Both the position numbers and the translations under genes were made by a program. From Candidatus Saganbacteria bacterium (lineage in GTDB: Bacteria; Margulisbacteria; WOR-1; JAKLHX01): DNA of 32,000 bases. Positions 1-13,400 of the stretch are shown piece by piece. Under the pieces are notes generated by a model that searched no databases, had not been told where the DNA came from, and was given only the letters and a program-made list of their open reading frames with translations. The stretch covers positions 199,291 to 231,290 of the forward strand of contig JAPLKZ010000007.1 of assembly GCA_026387835.1 (NCBI GenBank), in the 5' to 3' direction. Numbering within the stretch: the first letter of the stretch is position 1; every line of letters starts with the position of its first letter.

Positions 1-3016
<3,016 letters not shown>

Positions 3017-3032
<16 letters not shown>

Positions 3033-3997
3033 AATGACTTTACGGTTTCAAGAATAGAGTCTTTTGCTTTATTTATCTCCATTTTTAGCACCGCTCCCGA
3101 GGCGCGGACGTGGCCTCCCCCTCCGAATTCTTTGGCTATCCTCTGGACATTCTTTGTCTTTGATCTGAAATTGACCTTTACCGTCCCGCTTTCCGTTTCT
3201 TTCAGAAAAACAGCTATATCGGTGTCCTTCAGGGACCGCAGGTGGTCGGCGATGCCGCTCACTTCCTCGCTGTTAGCCCCGCACTTTTTGATGTCTTCGT
3301 TGGTCAGGATGATCCAGCTTATCTTTCCGTCAGCGGTGCTTTCCATCTTTTCCAGCGCAAAACCGAGGATCTTGATCTCTGACCTGGTCTTGGACTCATA
3401 GATCTTGAACGCGATGCCGTGCGGATCGGCCCCGTTATCAGCCAGGTCTTTTGCGATGGAGAATATTTTTGCGTTTGTATTATCATATTTGAAACAACCG
3501 GTATCAGTTATAATAGCGGCGTAAATAGCGGCCGCGATGTCGGGGTCAAGGCCTACCCCCATTTTTTTTGCGATCTTGTAGATTATCTCTCCCGTAGAAG
3601 AGCATTTTTTTACAAGGTTCAGATCGCCGAACTTTTTATTGTCCTCGTGATGGTCGATATTGATCAGCAGGTCCGAATGCTGTCTTATTTTATCGCCGAC
3701 CGCTATTCTTTTGATGTCCCCGCAGTCCACGGCTATGACGGCGTCAAACCTGTCTTCGGGGACCAAAGAAGATTTTATCTGATCGATGTTTTTGAGAAAA
3801 CCATATATCTCCGGTATTTTATCCCTTGAATAGATCGAGACTTTTTTGCCGAGTTTTTTAAGTATAGAAGAAAGAGCGCTGGCGGAACCTATAGTGTCGC
3901 CGTCAGGATCGACATGCAGGCACACAAGAAAATTAGAGTGATTATTGATCGCCTCGATGATCTTTTTCATTTTTGCTGCTCTCTCATCAGGTTCCAC
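3017..3997 (-). CDS. DHH/DHHA1 family phosphoesterase (NrnA-like nanoRNase/pAp phosphatase)
   Basis: HVDPDGDTIGSA, AVDCGD, NIDHHEDN and C-terminal GGGGHVRASGA motifs; located between rbfA and truB as often seen. Confidence 0.88.
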
Positions 3998-4302
3998 AGC
4001 TTGCTCGCTTTTTCAAGCGATTCGTCATGATGGAACGATATTTCAGGTACTGCCCTGAGGGAAAGCTTGTTTCCAAGGCAGCCCCTGATGAATTTTCTTG
4101 CGCTTTCAAGCCCTTTTAACGCTTCCTTTTTGTCATTTTCTTTTCCCAGTACGCTCACATATATCTTCGCGTTCTTAAGGTCGGGGGAGACGGACACATC
4201 GGTCACTGTCAAAAAACCTATCCGGGGATCGTTTATCTCGCAGTGGAGTATTTCGCTGATAAGGACCTTTATTCTCTGGGCCACTCTGTCAGACCTTGAC
4301 AT
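3967..4302 (-). CDS. rbfA: 30S ribosome-binding factor RbfA
   Basis: RVAQRIKVLISEILHCEINDPRIGFLTVTDVSVSPDLKNAKIYVSV; sits directly downstream of infB. Confidence 0.92.
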   Translation of the reverse strand: MSRSDRVAQRIKVLISEILHCEINDPRIGFLTVTDVSVSPDLKNAKIYVSVLGKENDKKEALKGLESARKFIRGCLGNKLSLRAVPEISFHHDESLEKASKLWNLMREQQK

Positions 4303-6325
4303 TTTTCCTCTTTACCCGCGTCTCGAACTGCTCGATGATGTCATCAGGGGCAAAATCATCAAAGTCCGCGACCGTTATGCCGCATTCCATACCCGTATTG
4401 ACCTCTTTCACATCGTCCTTGAAGCGTTTAAGGGAAGATATTTTTCCTTCAAAGATCATATCCCCGTTCCTTTTAACCCTTACGGAAGCGCCGCGGACCA
4501 TCTTTCCGTCGGTCACCGTGCAGCCTGCGATAGCGCCTACCTTTGAAAATTTGAACAGTTGCCTGATAAGCGAGTGGCCGGAGATAACTTCCTCGTATTC
4601 AGGCTCCAGCATGCCTTCAAGGGCCAGCTTGATGTCGTCAATGACATTGTAGATGATAGAATACAGCCTGGCGTCAACGCCCTCTGTCTCGGCAAGCGGT
4701 TTGGTCTCGCCCTCAAAATCCACTCCGAACCCTATTATTATCGCTTCGGATGCTTTCGCGAGCATCACGTCGCTCCTGTTGATGTTGCCGGTGCTGTTAA
4801 GTATTATGTGTGTCTTTATGTTGCCGGTGGAAAGGTCGCTCAGGCTCTTTACAAGAGCTTCCAGTGAACCGTGGACGTCAGCCTTTATTATCAGGTTCAA
4901 GGTCTTCATTTCCCCTGATTTGACCTGCATCGAGAAGTCTTCAAGTGAAAGGACCTTGCCTTTTGACTTTCCTTCTCCGGACAGTTCTTTGCTCTTCTCG
5001 GCTATGGACCGGGCTTCTTTTTCACTATTTACGACCTTAAGGATGTCGCCGGCTTTAGGGACGTCCGAGATGCCTATTATCTCGACGGGAAAGGCCGGTC
5101 CCGCTTTTGAGATCCTTTTTCCCTTGTCATTTATCAGGGCCCTTATCTTGCCGCTGGTAATACCTGAATAAAAAGCGTCCCCTACTCTCAACGTCCCTTC
5201 CTTTATAAGGACGGTCGCAACGGGCCCCATTGATTTGTCCATAAAAGATTCTATGACGATAGCTTTCACCGGGCAGGAAGGATCGGCTTTAAGGTCCATC
5301 ATTTCCGCCACAAGAAGGATCATCTCAAGCAGATGGTCGATGCCCGTGCCCTGTTTTGCGGATACGGGAACCGTCACCGTCTTGCCTCCCCAGTCTTCGG
5401 GCGTAAGGTCCAGCTCAGACAGCTGCTGCTTGACCCTGTCGGGATTGGCGTCAGGCTTGTCGATCTTATTGATAGCGACTATTATCGGAGCGCTCGAGGC
5501 TTTGGCATGGTCGATGGCTTCCCTTGTCTGGGGCATGACCCCGTCATCGGCAGCTACTACGAGCACAACGATGTCGGTAGCATTAGCCCCTCTTGCTCTC
5601 AGGGCCGTGAAGGCTTCGTGCCCGGGCGTGTCTAAAAAAGTTATCTGCTTGCCTTTTATCTCTACCTGGTACGCTCCTATGTGCTGGGTTATCCCGCCGG
5701 CCTCTGTATCGATGACATTCGTCTTCCTTATCGCGTCAAGGAGCTTGGTCTTACCGTGGTCCACATGCCCCATTATCGTTACCACCGGCGGCCTGGGCCT
5801 GAGCTTGGACTGATCGACATCGGCCGAAGATTCTTCTTTTACCGTCTTTTTTTCTTCCTGTATCAATTCAAAACCGAGCTTGGAAGCTATGCCGCTTGCT
5901 ATGTCAAAAGCGATCCTCTGGTTGATGTTGGCAAGCACGCCTTTAAGCATCAATTCCTTGATGAGATCGCTGACTTTCATGTTGAATTTTGAGGAAAGGT
6001 CTTTGACGGTTATTTCCGGTTCGTATATGGTTACGGTCTTTTTTTGCGGGGTGTCGGGTTGTTGTTCCGGCTTTTTGACCTCTGCCTTTACTTCCACAGC
6101 AGGTGCTTCCGGTTTTAAGTCCTGTTTCTTTTCTTCATTGCCGCCCTTGATCAGTTCCCTTACTATCTTTGCTGATTCTTCATCAATAGAAGAAGCTTTT
6201 GTTTTAGCATTGATGCCGAGGTCTTTTAGAATGCCGAGCAGCTGCTTTACATCAGTGTTCAGTTCAACGGCAAGCGCATCAACCTTTATCTTTTTCGGAA
6301 GGACTTGTTTTTTCTTCTGTTGCAT
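4289..6325 (-). CDS. infB: Translation initiation factor IF-2
   Basis: RPPVVTIMGHVDHGKTKLLDAIRKTNV, DTPGHEAFTALRARGA, NKIDKPDA G-domain motifs; N-terminal IF2 domain. Confidence 0.97.
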   Translation of the reverse strand: MQQKKKQVLPKKIKVDALAVELNTDVKQLLGILKDLGINAKTKASSIDEESAKIVRELIKGGNEEKKQDLKPEAPAVEVKAEVKKPEQQPDTPQKKTVTIYEPEITVKDLSSKFNMKVSDLIKELMLKGVLANINQRIAFDIASGIASKLGFELIQEEKKTVKEESSADVDQSKLRPRPPVVTIMGHVDHGKTKLLDAIRKTNVIDTEAGGITQHIGAYQVEIKGKQITFLDTPGHEAFTALRARGANATDIVVLVVAADDGVMPQTREAIDHAKASSAPIIVAINKIDKPDANPDRVKQQLSELDLTPEDWGGKTVTVPVSAKQGTGIDHLLEMILLVAEMMDLKADPSCPVKAIVIESFMDKSMGPVATVLIKEGTLRVGDAFYSGITSGKIRALINDKGKRISKAGPAFPVEIIGISDVPKAGDILKVVNSEKEARSIAEKSKELSGEGKSKGKVLSLEDFSMQVKSGEMKTLNLIIKADVHGSLEALVKSLSDLSTGNIKTHIILNSTGNINRSDVMLAKASEAIIIGFGVDFEGETKPLAETEGVDARLYSIIYNVIDDIKLALEGMLEPEYEEVISGHSLIRQLFKFSKVGAIAGCTVTDGKMVRGASVRVKRNGDMIFEGKISSLKRFKDDVKEVNTGMECGITVADFDDFAPDDIIEQFETRVKRKNVKV

Positions 6326-7436
6326 TTTTATCCTTCTTCTTTTTCTGGGGTTTTGCCTCGGCTTCCTTATCAGCCTTTTGCTTTTGACCGGATATCTTTT
6401 CCCCTGTTTCGCTGCGGATATCGATCTTCCACCCTGTCAATTTTGATGCAAGTCGTACGTTCTGGCCTTCCTTGCCTATTGCGAGCGAAAGCTGGCTTTC
6501 CGCTACAGTGACCGTCGCGTTCATTGCTTCTTTATCAAGCTCTATCTTGTCTATCTTTGCCGGGCTGAGAGCGTTGGTGATATATGCCTTAGGGTCTTCT
6601 TTCCATTCTATGATGTCGATGCGCTCATTCCCGAGCTCTTTTACGATATTTTGTATGCGGCCGCCCATGTGCCCGACGCAGGTGCCGACCACACTTACGT
6701 TACTGTCGTTAGAGGTGAGAGATATCTTTGTCCTTCTGCCCGCTTCCCGCACGACGTTTTTTATCTCGAGCGTGCCTTCCACTATTTCAGGCACTTCAAG
6801 TTCGAAGAGTTTTTTTACCAGGCCGGGATGCGACCTCGAAATAAGGATCGCGGGACCTCTCGCCAGTTTATTGACTTCTATCACATACAGCTTTACGCGG
6901 TCTTTTATCCTCAGTGTTTCCGTAGGCGGGACCTCGGAAAAAGGCAGCAATGTCTCGATCCTCCCGAGGTTCACCAGATATCCGTTGAATTCCTTCTGCT
7001 GGATGGTCCCGGTGATGATATCACCCTGTTTTTTTGAGAATTCGTCGAAGGAGATCTCTTTTTCGGCTTCCCTCATCCTCTGGATTATCACCTGTTTGGC
7101 CGTTTGGGCTGCCAGCCTGCCAAAATCCTCAGGGGTGACATTGATCTCGATCTCATCCCCAACTTTCGCCTTTTTATCGATCTTTTTTGCCTGATCGGGC
7201 GAGATTTGAAGTTCAAGGTCCTCGGGAGACTCCGTCACGGTCCTTTTTGCAAATACAGTGACATTGCCGTCATTATCTATTTTTACGCTCAGATTGTCGC
7301 CGTTCTTGAACTTTTTTCTGCAGGCGGACAATAGAGCAGCTTCGACAGCCCCCACAAGCATCTCTTTGGGGATGCCGCGCTCTTTCTGGATCACATCCAG
7401 CATATTTGAGAAGCCTTCTATTTTTTTCATTTTCAT
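6279..7436 (-). CDS. nusA: Transcription termination/antitermination factor NusA (385 aa, Lys-rich tail, no C-terminal AR repeats)
   Basis: S1 domain, SRTHP-like ILISRSHPGLVKKLFELEVPEI, VGTCVGHMGGRIQNIVKELGNERIDIIEW, LAIGKEGQNVRLASKLTGWKIDI (KH motifs). Confidence 0.95.
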   Translation of the reverse strand: MKMKKIEGFSNMLDVIQKERGIPKEMLVGAVEAALLSACRKKFKNGDNLSVKIDNDGNVTVFAKRTVTESPEDLELQISPDQAKKIDKKAKVGDEIEINVTPEDFGRLAAQTAKQVIIQRMREAEKEISFDEFSKKQGDIITGTIQQKEFNGYLVNLGRIETLLPFSEVPPTETLRIKDRVKLYVIEVNKLARGPAILISRSHPGLVKKLFELEVPEIVEGTLEIKNVVREAGRRTKISLTSNDSNVSVVGTCVGHMGGRIQNIVKELGNERIDIIEWKEDPKAYITNALSPAKIDKIELDKEAMNATVTVAESQLSLAIGKEGQNVRLASKLTGWKIDIRSETGEKISGQKQKADKEAEAKPQKKKKDKNATEEKTSPSEKDKG

Positions 7437-7452
7437 ACCCTCTTAAATAAAA

Positions 7453-7475
7453 CAAAAAGTGGGGTTTGCCCACTG
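7453..7475 (-). promoter_or_regulatory. Candidate hairpin plus T-tract in nusA leader (attenuator-like)
   Basis: Minus strand reads AGTGGG-CAAAC-CCCACT-TTTTG, ending about 17 nt before the nusA start codon. Confidence 0.4.
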
Positions 7476-7598
7476 TTTTTCTTCCGCGATTTCCACTAAA
7501 TAATATCATGCCTAAACGATGTTTGCAAGCGCGGCTTTTTAATTGACTTGCACCATTAACTATGCAACAATCTGAAAGATTACAAGGGGGGTGAAAAA

Positions 7599-7916
7599 AT
7601 GGGATTATTCAATTTGATGGGTGTATATTGTATTATTCCGGTGACGATCTATCTGACGATCAGTTTTTTTGTACTTTTTGTGGTCGGAAAAACTGATTCT
7701 AAGAATCTCAAAATATTCGGAAATGTTATAGCAGTTCTGCTTTGGGTGAGCGCGTTGCTGATACTGATAGCAGGCATATGGATGATGACGACGGGTGACA
7801 GGCCTTGGAATCACTGCTGCAAAATGGATGGCAGGTCCATGATGCACATGAAGATGATGGGCGGCATGAAGGACAAGGGGGGTTCTCCGGCGATGCATCC
7901 GATGATGAGGAGATAA
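7599..7916 (+). CDS. Small two-TM membrane protein with Met/His/Cys-rich C-terminal tail, unknown function
   Basis: Good RBS (aaggggggtg) before ATG; two hydrophobic segments; tail NHCCKMDGRSMMHMKMMGGMKDKGGSPAMHPMMRR. Confidence 0.7.
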   Translation: MGLFNLMGVYCIIPVTIYLTISFFVLFVVGKTDSKNLKIFGNVIAVLLWVSALLILIAGIWMMTTGDRPWNHCCKMDGRSMMHMKMMGGMKDKGGSPAMHPMMRR

Positions 7917-7941
7917 CCTGATCAGTCAGAATAATAAAAAC

Positions 7942-7967
7942 AAAAGGGGCCCCTAAAGGCCCCTTTT
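7942..7967. terminator. Bidirectional intrinsic terminator between convergent genes
   Basis: Perfect stem AAAAGGGGCC (7942-7951) / GGCCCCTTTT (7958-7967), loop CCTAAA; T-rich or A-rich flanks serve both strands. Confidence 0.85.
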
Positions 7968-7988
7968 CTGTTCTTAAGATCTAAACTA

Positions 7989-9964
<1,976 letters not shown>

Positions 9965-10015
9965 CCCTTTCTTTTTAAGTTTTTGATCTCTACTGAAACT
10001 CAGTATAACAACGCA

Positions 10016-10042
10016 TTAGCACTCTGTCAAGGGGAGTGCTAA
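10016..10042. promoter_or_regulatory. CIRCE operator (HrcA-binding site) controlling groESL
   Basis: Perfect inverted repeat TTAGCACTC-N9(tgtcaaggg)-GAGTGCTAA, 51 nt upstream of groES ORF start. Confidence 0.97.
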
Positions 10043-10065
10043 TGACCGCCTACCGCTTACGGCTT

Positions 10066-10126
10066 GTGGTGGGCCCTTCGGCAAGCTCAGGGCACCGAGC
10101 AAAGTCGGGGTGCGCAGCCGAACCAC
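10066..10126. repeat. Nested imperfect palindrome in intergenic region (REP/MITE-like candidate)
   Basis: GTGGT(10066)...TTCGGC(10077)...GCACC(10092)...GGTGC(10109)...GCCGAA(10117)...ACCAC(10122). Confidence 0.45.
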
Positions 10127-10164
10127 TTACAGCTTACAGCTTTTTTTATGTTATACTTTTTCTA

Positions 10165-11043
10165 ATGAAAAATTACATAATAGGCATAGACCTGGGCGGC
10201 ACAAAAATATCAGCGGCGATAGCCGATGCTAAGGGGAAGATCATCGAGCAGATAACTGTCCCGACGGAAGCTGTCAGAGGAAAAAAACACGTCATAGACC
10301 GCATAGTTTTTCTGGTCAGGGCACTTTACAGAGGAACGGGTATAGACCCAAAAGATGTTCTTTGTATAGGCATAGGCGCGCCCGGACCGGTGATCACTGA
10401 AAAGGGTATCATTATGGATCCCCCGAACCTCCCCGGCTGGATAAGAGTTCCTTTAAGGTCGATACTTGAAAAAAAATTAAAAAAGAAAGTCATCCTTGAA
10501 AATGATGCCAACTGCGCAGCGCTGGCCGAACTAAAGTTCGGTGCGGGAAAAGACTTTGACAGTTTTATGTACGTTACGGTCAGCACGGGTATAGGCGGCG
10601 GGATAGTGATCGGCAAAAAACTATTTCGCGGTTCATCTGACAGTGCGGGAGAGATCGGCCATACAGTGATCGATATCAACGGTCCGAAATGCCCCTGCGG
10701 AAAATATGGCCACCTGGAAGGACTTGCCGCGGGCCCGGCAATATCAAAGCGCGCCGGAATGAAACCCGAGGTCCTGAGAGAAAAAGCTATGAACGGTGAT
10801 AAGAAAGCCATCGAAGAGATAAAATATACAGGGTATCTTATCGGAATAGGTTTCTCTAATGCCGTTAACCTGTTGAATCCGGAAGCGATCATTGTCGGAG
10901 GCGGCATTTCTAATTTTGGGAAGCTTTTGTTTGATCCTATCAGGAAGACCGTAAAAGAGAACGCTCTTGCCCGCGTAAAGATCATTCCCGCCAGGTTAAA
11001 GAACAATGTCGGGGTCATGGGAGCGGTCGCGTTATGTCTATAG
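10165..11043 (+). CDS. ROK family sugar kinase/glucokinase-like
   Basis: MKNYIIGIDLGGTKISAAIAD, ENDANCAALAE, STGIGGGIVIG, AGEIGHTVID, PKCPCGKYGHLEGLAAG. The ORF track start at 10036 lies inside CIRCE and non-coding sequence, so ATG 10165 is preferred. Confidence 0.9.
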   Translation: MKNYIIGIDLGGTKISAAIADAKGKIIEQITVPTEAVRGKKHVIDRIVFLVRALYRGTGIDPKDVLCIGIGAPGPVITEKGIIMDPPNLPGWIRVPLRSILEKKLKKKVILENDANCAALAELKFGAGKDFDSFMYVTVSTGIGGGIVIGKKLFRGSSDSAGEIGHTVIDINGPKCPCGKYGHLEGLAAGPAISKRAGMKPEVLREKAMNGDKKAIEEIKYTGYLIGIGFSNAVNLLNPEAIIVGGGISNFGKLLFDPIRKTVKENALARVKIIPARLKNNVGVMGAVALCL

Positions 11044-11648
11044 CAATAATAGATTACGGTGCGGGGAATTTGAGAAGTGTTCAGAAAGCCCTTGAAAAAC
11101 TCGGCTGTGATTCATCGATAACAGATGACATCAAGACCATAGATTCTGCAAAAGGCATAATCCTTCCCGGTGTCGGCGCATTTGATCCGGCAATGAACGA
11201 GCTGAAAAAAAAGTCGCTTCTTGGCGCTATCATTTCAAATATCGCTAAAAAGAAGCCGTTTCTCGGCTTATGCCTCGGAATGCAGCTGCTGTTCGATGAA
11301 AGTGAAGAAGGCAAAGAAAGCGGGCTTGGAGTGATAAAGGGTAAAGTCAGAAGATTTAATTTTACGAGCCGCGGACTAAAGATCCCCCACATGGGCTGGA
11401 ACGAAATAGACATCTCAAAGCCCTCCCCTATTTTTAAGGGATTAGACAGCAAATTAAAAATGTATTTTGTTCACTCGTATTATTGTGTTCCGTCGGACGA
11501 AAAAGACATCCTTGCCAGGACCGATTATGGGACTCCTTTTGTTTCGGCAGTCTCAAAGGATAATACCTTTGCCCTGCAGTTCCATCCTGAAAAAAGCGGT
11601 GACGCCGGCTTAAAGATCCTTAAGAACTTCGGGGAGATGTGCAAATGA
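11034..11648 (+). CDS. hisH: Imidazole glycerol phosphate synthase subunit HisH
   Basis: IIDYGAGNLRSVQKALEKLG, LPGVGAFDPAM, PFLGLCLGMQLLF, FQFHPEKSG-type motif (LQFHPEKSGDAGLKIL). Confidence 0.95.
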   Translation: MSIAIIDYGAGNLRSVQKALEKLGCDSSITDDIKTIDSAKGIILPGVGAFDPAMNELKKKSLLGAIISNIAKKKPFLGLCLGMQLLFDESEEGKESGLGVIKGKVRRFNFTSRGLKIPHMGWNEIDISKPSPIFKGLDSKLKMYFVHSYYCVPSDEKDILARTDYGTPFVSAVSKDNTFALQFHPEKSGDAGLKILKNFGEMCK

Positions 11649-12343
11649 GTTTTATAGTCATTCCGGCTGTCGATATCCTTGACTCTAAATGCGTCCGCCT
11701 TGAAAAAGGCGATTATACAAAAGTCACGGTTTATTATGAAAACCCTGTAGACGCGGCTCTCCGCTGGGAGAATGAAGGATATAAATGGCTGCATATAGTT
11801 GACCTGGACGGGGCCAAGTTCGGGCAGATGAAGAATCTCGGCATCATAAAGGACATAGCAAAAGAGTTAAAAATACCCGTGGAAGTCGGCGGAGGAATAA
11901 GGGACCTGGACACCATAAAGGGGCTTTTTGATTCGGGCATTTCAAGAGTAATAATCGGGACAATAGCATTCGAGAATATTTCCTTGGTAAAGACCGTGTC
12001 TGAGCTTTATGGCGATAAAATCGCGGTGAGCATAGACGCCAAAAGAAACATCGTGCTTAAGAAAGGATGGCTTGAAAAAACATCGTTTAAAGCTATCGAT
12101 GCCGCGAAAAGGCTGGTCGATCTCGGAATAAAAAGGTTTGTTTATACAGATGTGTCAAAGGACGGAATGATGCAGGGCCCTAATTTCGGGTCGATCAGGA
12201 AGTTCGCCGCTGCGGTCCAGGCAAAAGTGATCGCTTCAGGCGGTGTAACGACAAACGCCGATATTGAGAAACTTTCGAAGATAAAAAATGTCGAAGGATG
12301 CATAATCGGAAGAGCGGCTTATGAGGGGAAAATATTAATTTGA
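11645..12343 (+). CDS. hisA: 1-(5-phosphoribosyl)-5-[(5-phosphoribosylamino)methylideneamino]imidazole-4-carboxamide isomerase HisA
   Basis: FIVIPAVDILDSKCVRLEKGDY, LHIVDLDGAKFG, VEVGGGIRDLDTI, ASGGVTTNADI. ATGA overlap with hisH. Confidence 0.93.
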   Translation: MSFIVIPAVDILDSKCVRLEKGDYTKVTVYYENPVDAALRWENEGYKWLHIVDLDGAKFGQMKNLGIIKDIAKELKIPVEVGGGIRDLDTIKGLFDSGISRVIIGTIAFENISLVKTVSELYGDKIAVSIDAKRNIVLKKGWLEKTSFKAIDAAKRLVDLGIKRFVYTDVSKDGMMQGPNFGSIRKFAAAVQAKVIASGGVTTNADIEKLSKIKNVEGCIIGRAAYEGKILI

Positions 12344-12362
12344 TCCTTAGGCCGGACAATTT

Positions 12363-13400
12363 ATGAACTTTACTTGTTTGAATTGCGGGGGCAGCGTCCA
12401 GAAGATCACTGACCTCTTTTTCTGCCCAAAGTGCCGGACAGAATATCCGGTAAAAAATGGTGTGATCTGTTTGAGCAGCGGGATTTCCTACTGGCACATC
12501 ATCCCCAAAGAAAAAATGTCGGCTTTCCTGGAAGAGGCGAAGAAGATCGGCTGGAAGCAAGCGATACTTTCAAATAAAGACGAAAAAATAAGGGCACAAT
12601 ACCTTTGGACTGATTGTCCTTCGAGGGCCGATTCAACGTTTTATCTGCCGCTAACAAAGGACAGTATTGTACTTGATCTTGGTTCCGGCTGGGGCTCCTA
12701 CACCTTTGCTCTTTCACCGCGTGTGGATCAGGTCGTTGCGGCCGACAGCTGCCTTGAATCGCTTGAATTTATCAGTTTGAGAGCACAACAAGACAATATT
12801 TCTAATATCACGCCCGTCCACATCGAACCTTTGGATCTCGGCAAGATACCTTTTGCTGACGGCCAGTTTGACAGCGTCATCATGAACGGCGTTCTGGAAT
12901 GGGTCGGGTCGTATCTGAAAAATGGAGACCCGCTCAAAATGCAGACAAAATGCTTAAAGGAAATTAACAGGGTCCTGAAAAAGGACGGTCACATTTTGAT
13001 AGGGATAGAGAACAGATTCGGTTTAAGATATTTTACAGGTACTGCTGACGACCATTTGAAGCATTACAGTGAAAAGCCTGTAAAATACACGACATTGCTT
13101 CCCAGGCTGGTCGCAAATATCATTTCAAAAAGAAAGCTCGGCGTAGCGTACAGGACATACACCCACTCGTTTTGGGGATACGGGAGGATGTTCAGGAAAG
13201 CCGGTTTTAAAGATATTGTTTTTTTCTATCCCAGGGACGATTACAGGTCCGCTTCAACGGCCATTTTACCTGCAGAAAGCGGTGAGACCGCAAATAATAT
13301 AGGGAAAAGGATCGTCAATAAATACGTGCTGGCGCTTGTTAAGTTCTTTAAACTGGAAAAAGCATTATGCGATTCATATTTTATAGCTGCTAAAAAATGA
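12363..13400 (+). CDS. SAM-dependent methyltransferase with N-terminal zinc-ribbon (Trm112-like)
   Basis: CLNCGG...FFCPKCRTEYPVKNGVICL, then VLDLGSGWGSYTFAL, DSVIMNGVLEWV, LKEINRVLKKDGHILIGIENRFG. Confidence 0.85.
   Translation: MNFTCLNCGGSVQKITDLFFCPKCRTEYPVKNGVICLSSGISYWHIIPKEKMSAFLEEAKKIGWKQAILSNKDEKIRAQYLWTDCPSRADSTFYLPLTKDSIVLDLGSGWGSYTFALSPRVDQVVAADSCLESLEFISLRAQQDNISNITPVHIEPLDLGKIPFADGQFDSVIMNGVLEWVGSYLKNGDPLKMQTKCLKEINRVLKKDGHILIGIENRFGLRYFTGTADDHLKHYSEKPVKYTTLLPRLVANIISKRKLGVAYRTYTHSFWGYGRMFRKAGFKDIVFFYPRDDYRSASTAILPAESGETANNIGKRIVNKYVLALVKFFKLEKALCDSYFIAAKK

Noticed and set aside
5235-5813. Plus-strand ORFs inside infB, nusA and the ligA/truB block (for example 1215..1694, 4296..4652, 6472..7194)
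   Set aside because: Antisense shadows of confidently identified genes in a high-coding-density block.
7273-7509. 78-aa minus-strand ORF at the rimP position
   Set aside because: Its sequence does not resemble RimP, it overlaps the nusA coding start in another frame, and it reads through the leader hairpin.
10036-10164. N-terminal 43-aa extension of the ROK kinase in the ORF track
   Set aside because: It begins inside the CIRCE operator and reads through the palindromic intergenic element; ATG at 10165 gives the canonical start MKNYIIGIDLGGTK.
10326-11018. 230-aa minus-strand ORF opposite the ROK kinase
   Set aside because: Antisense shadow of a recognised gene.
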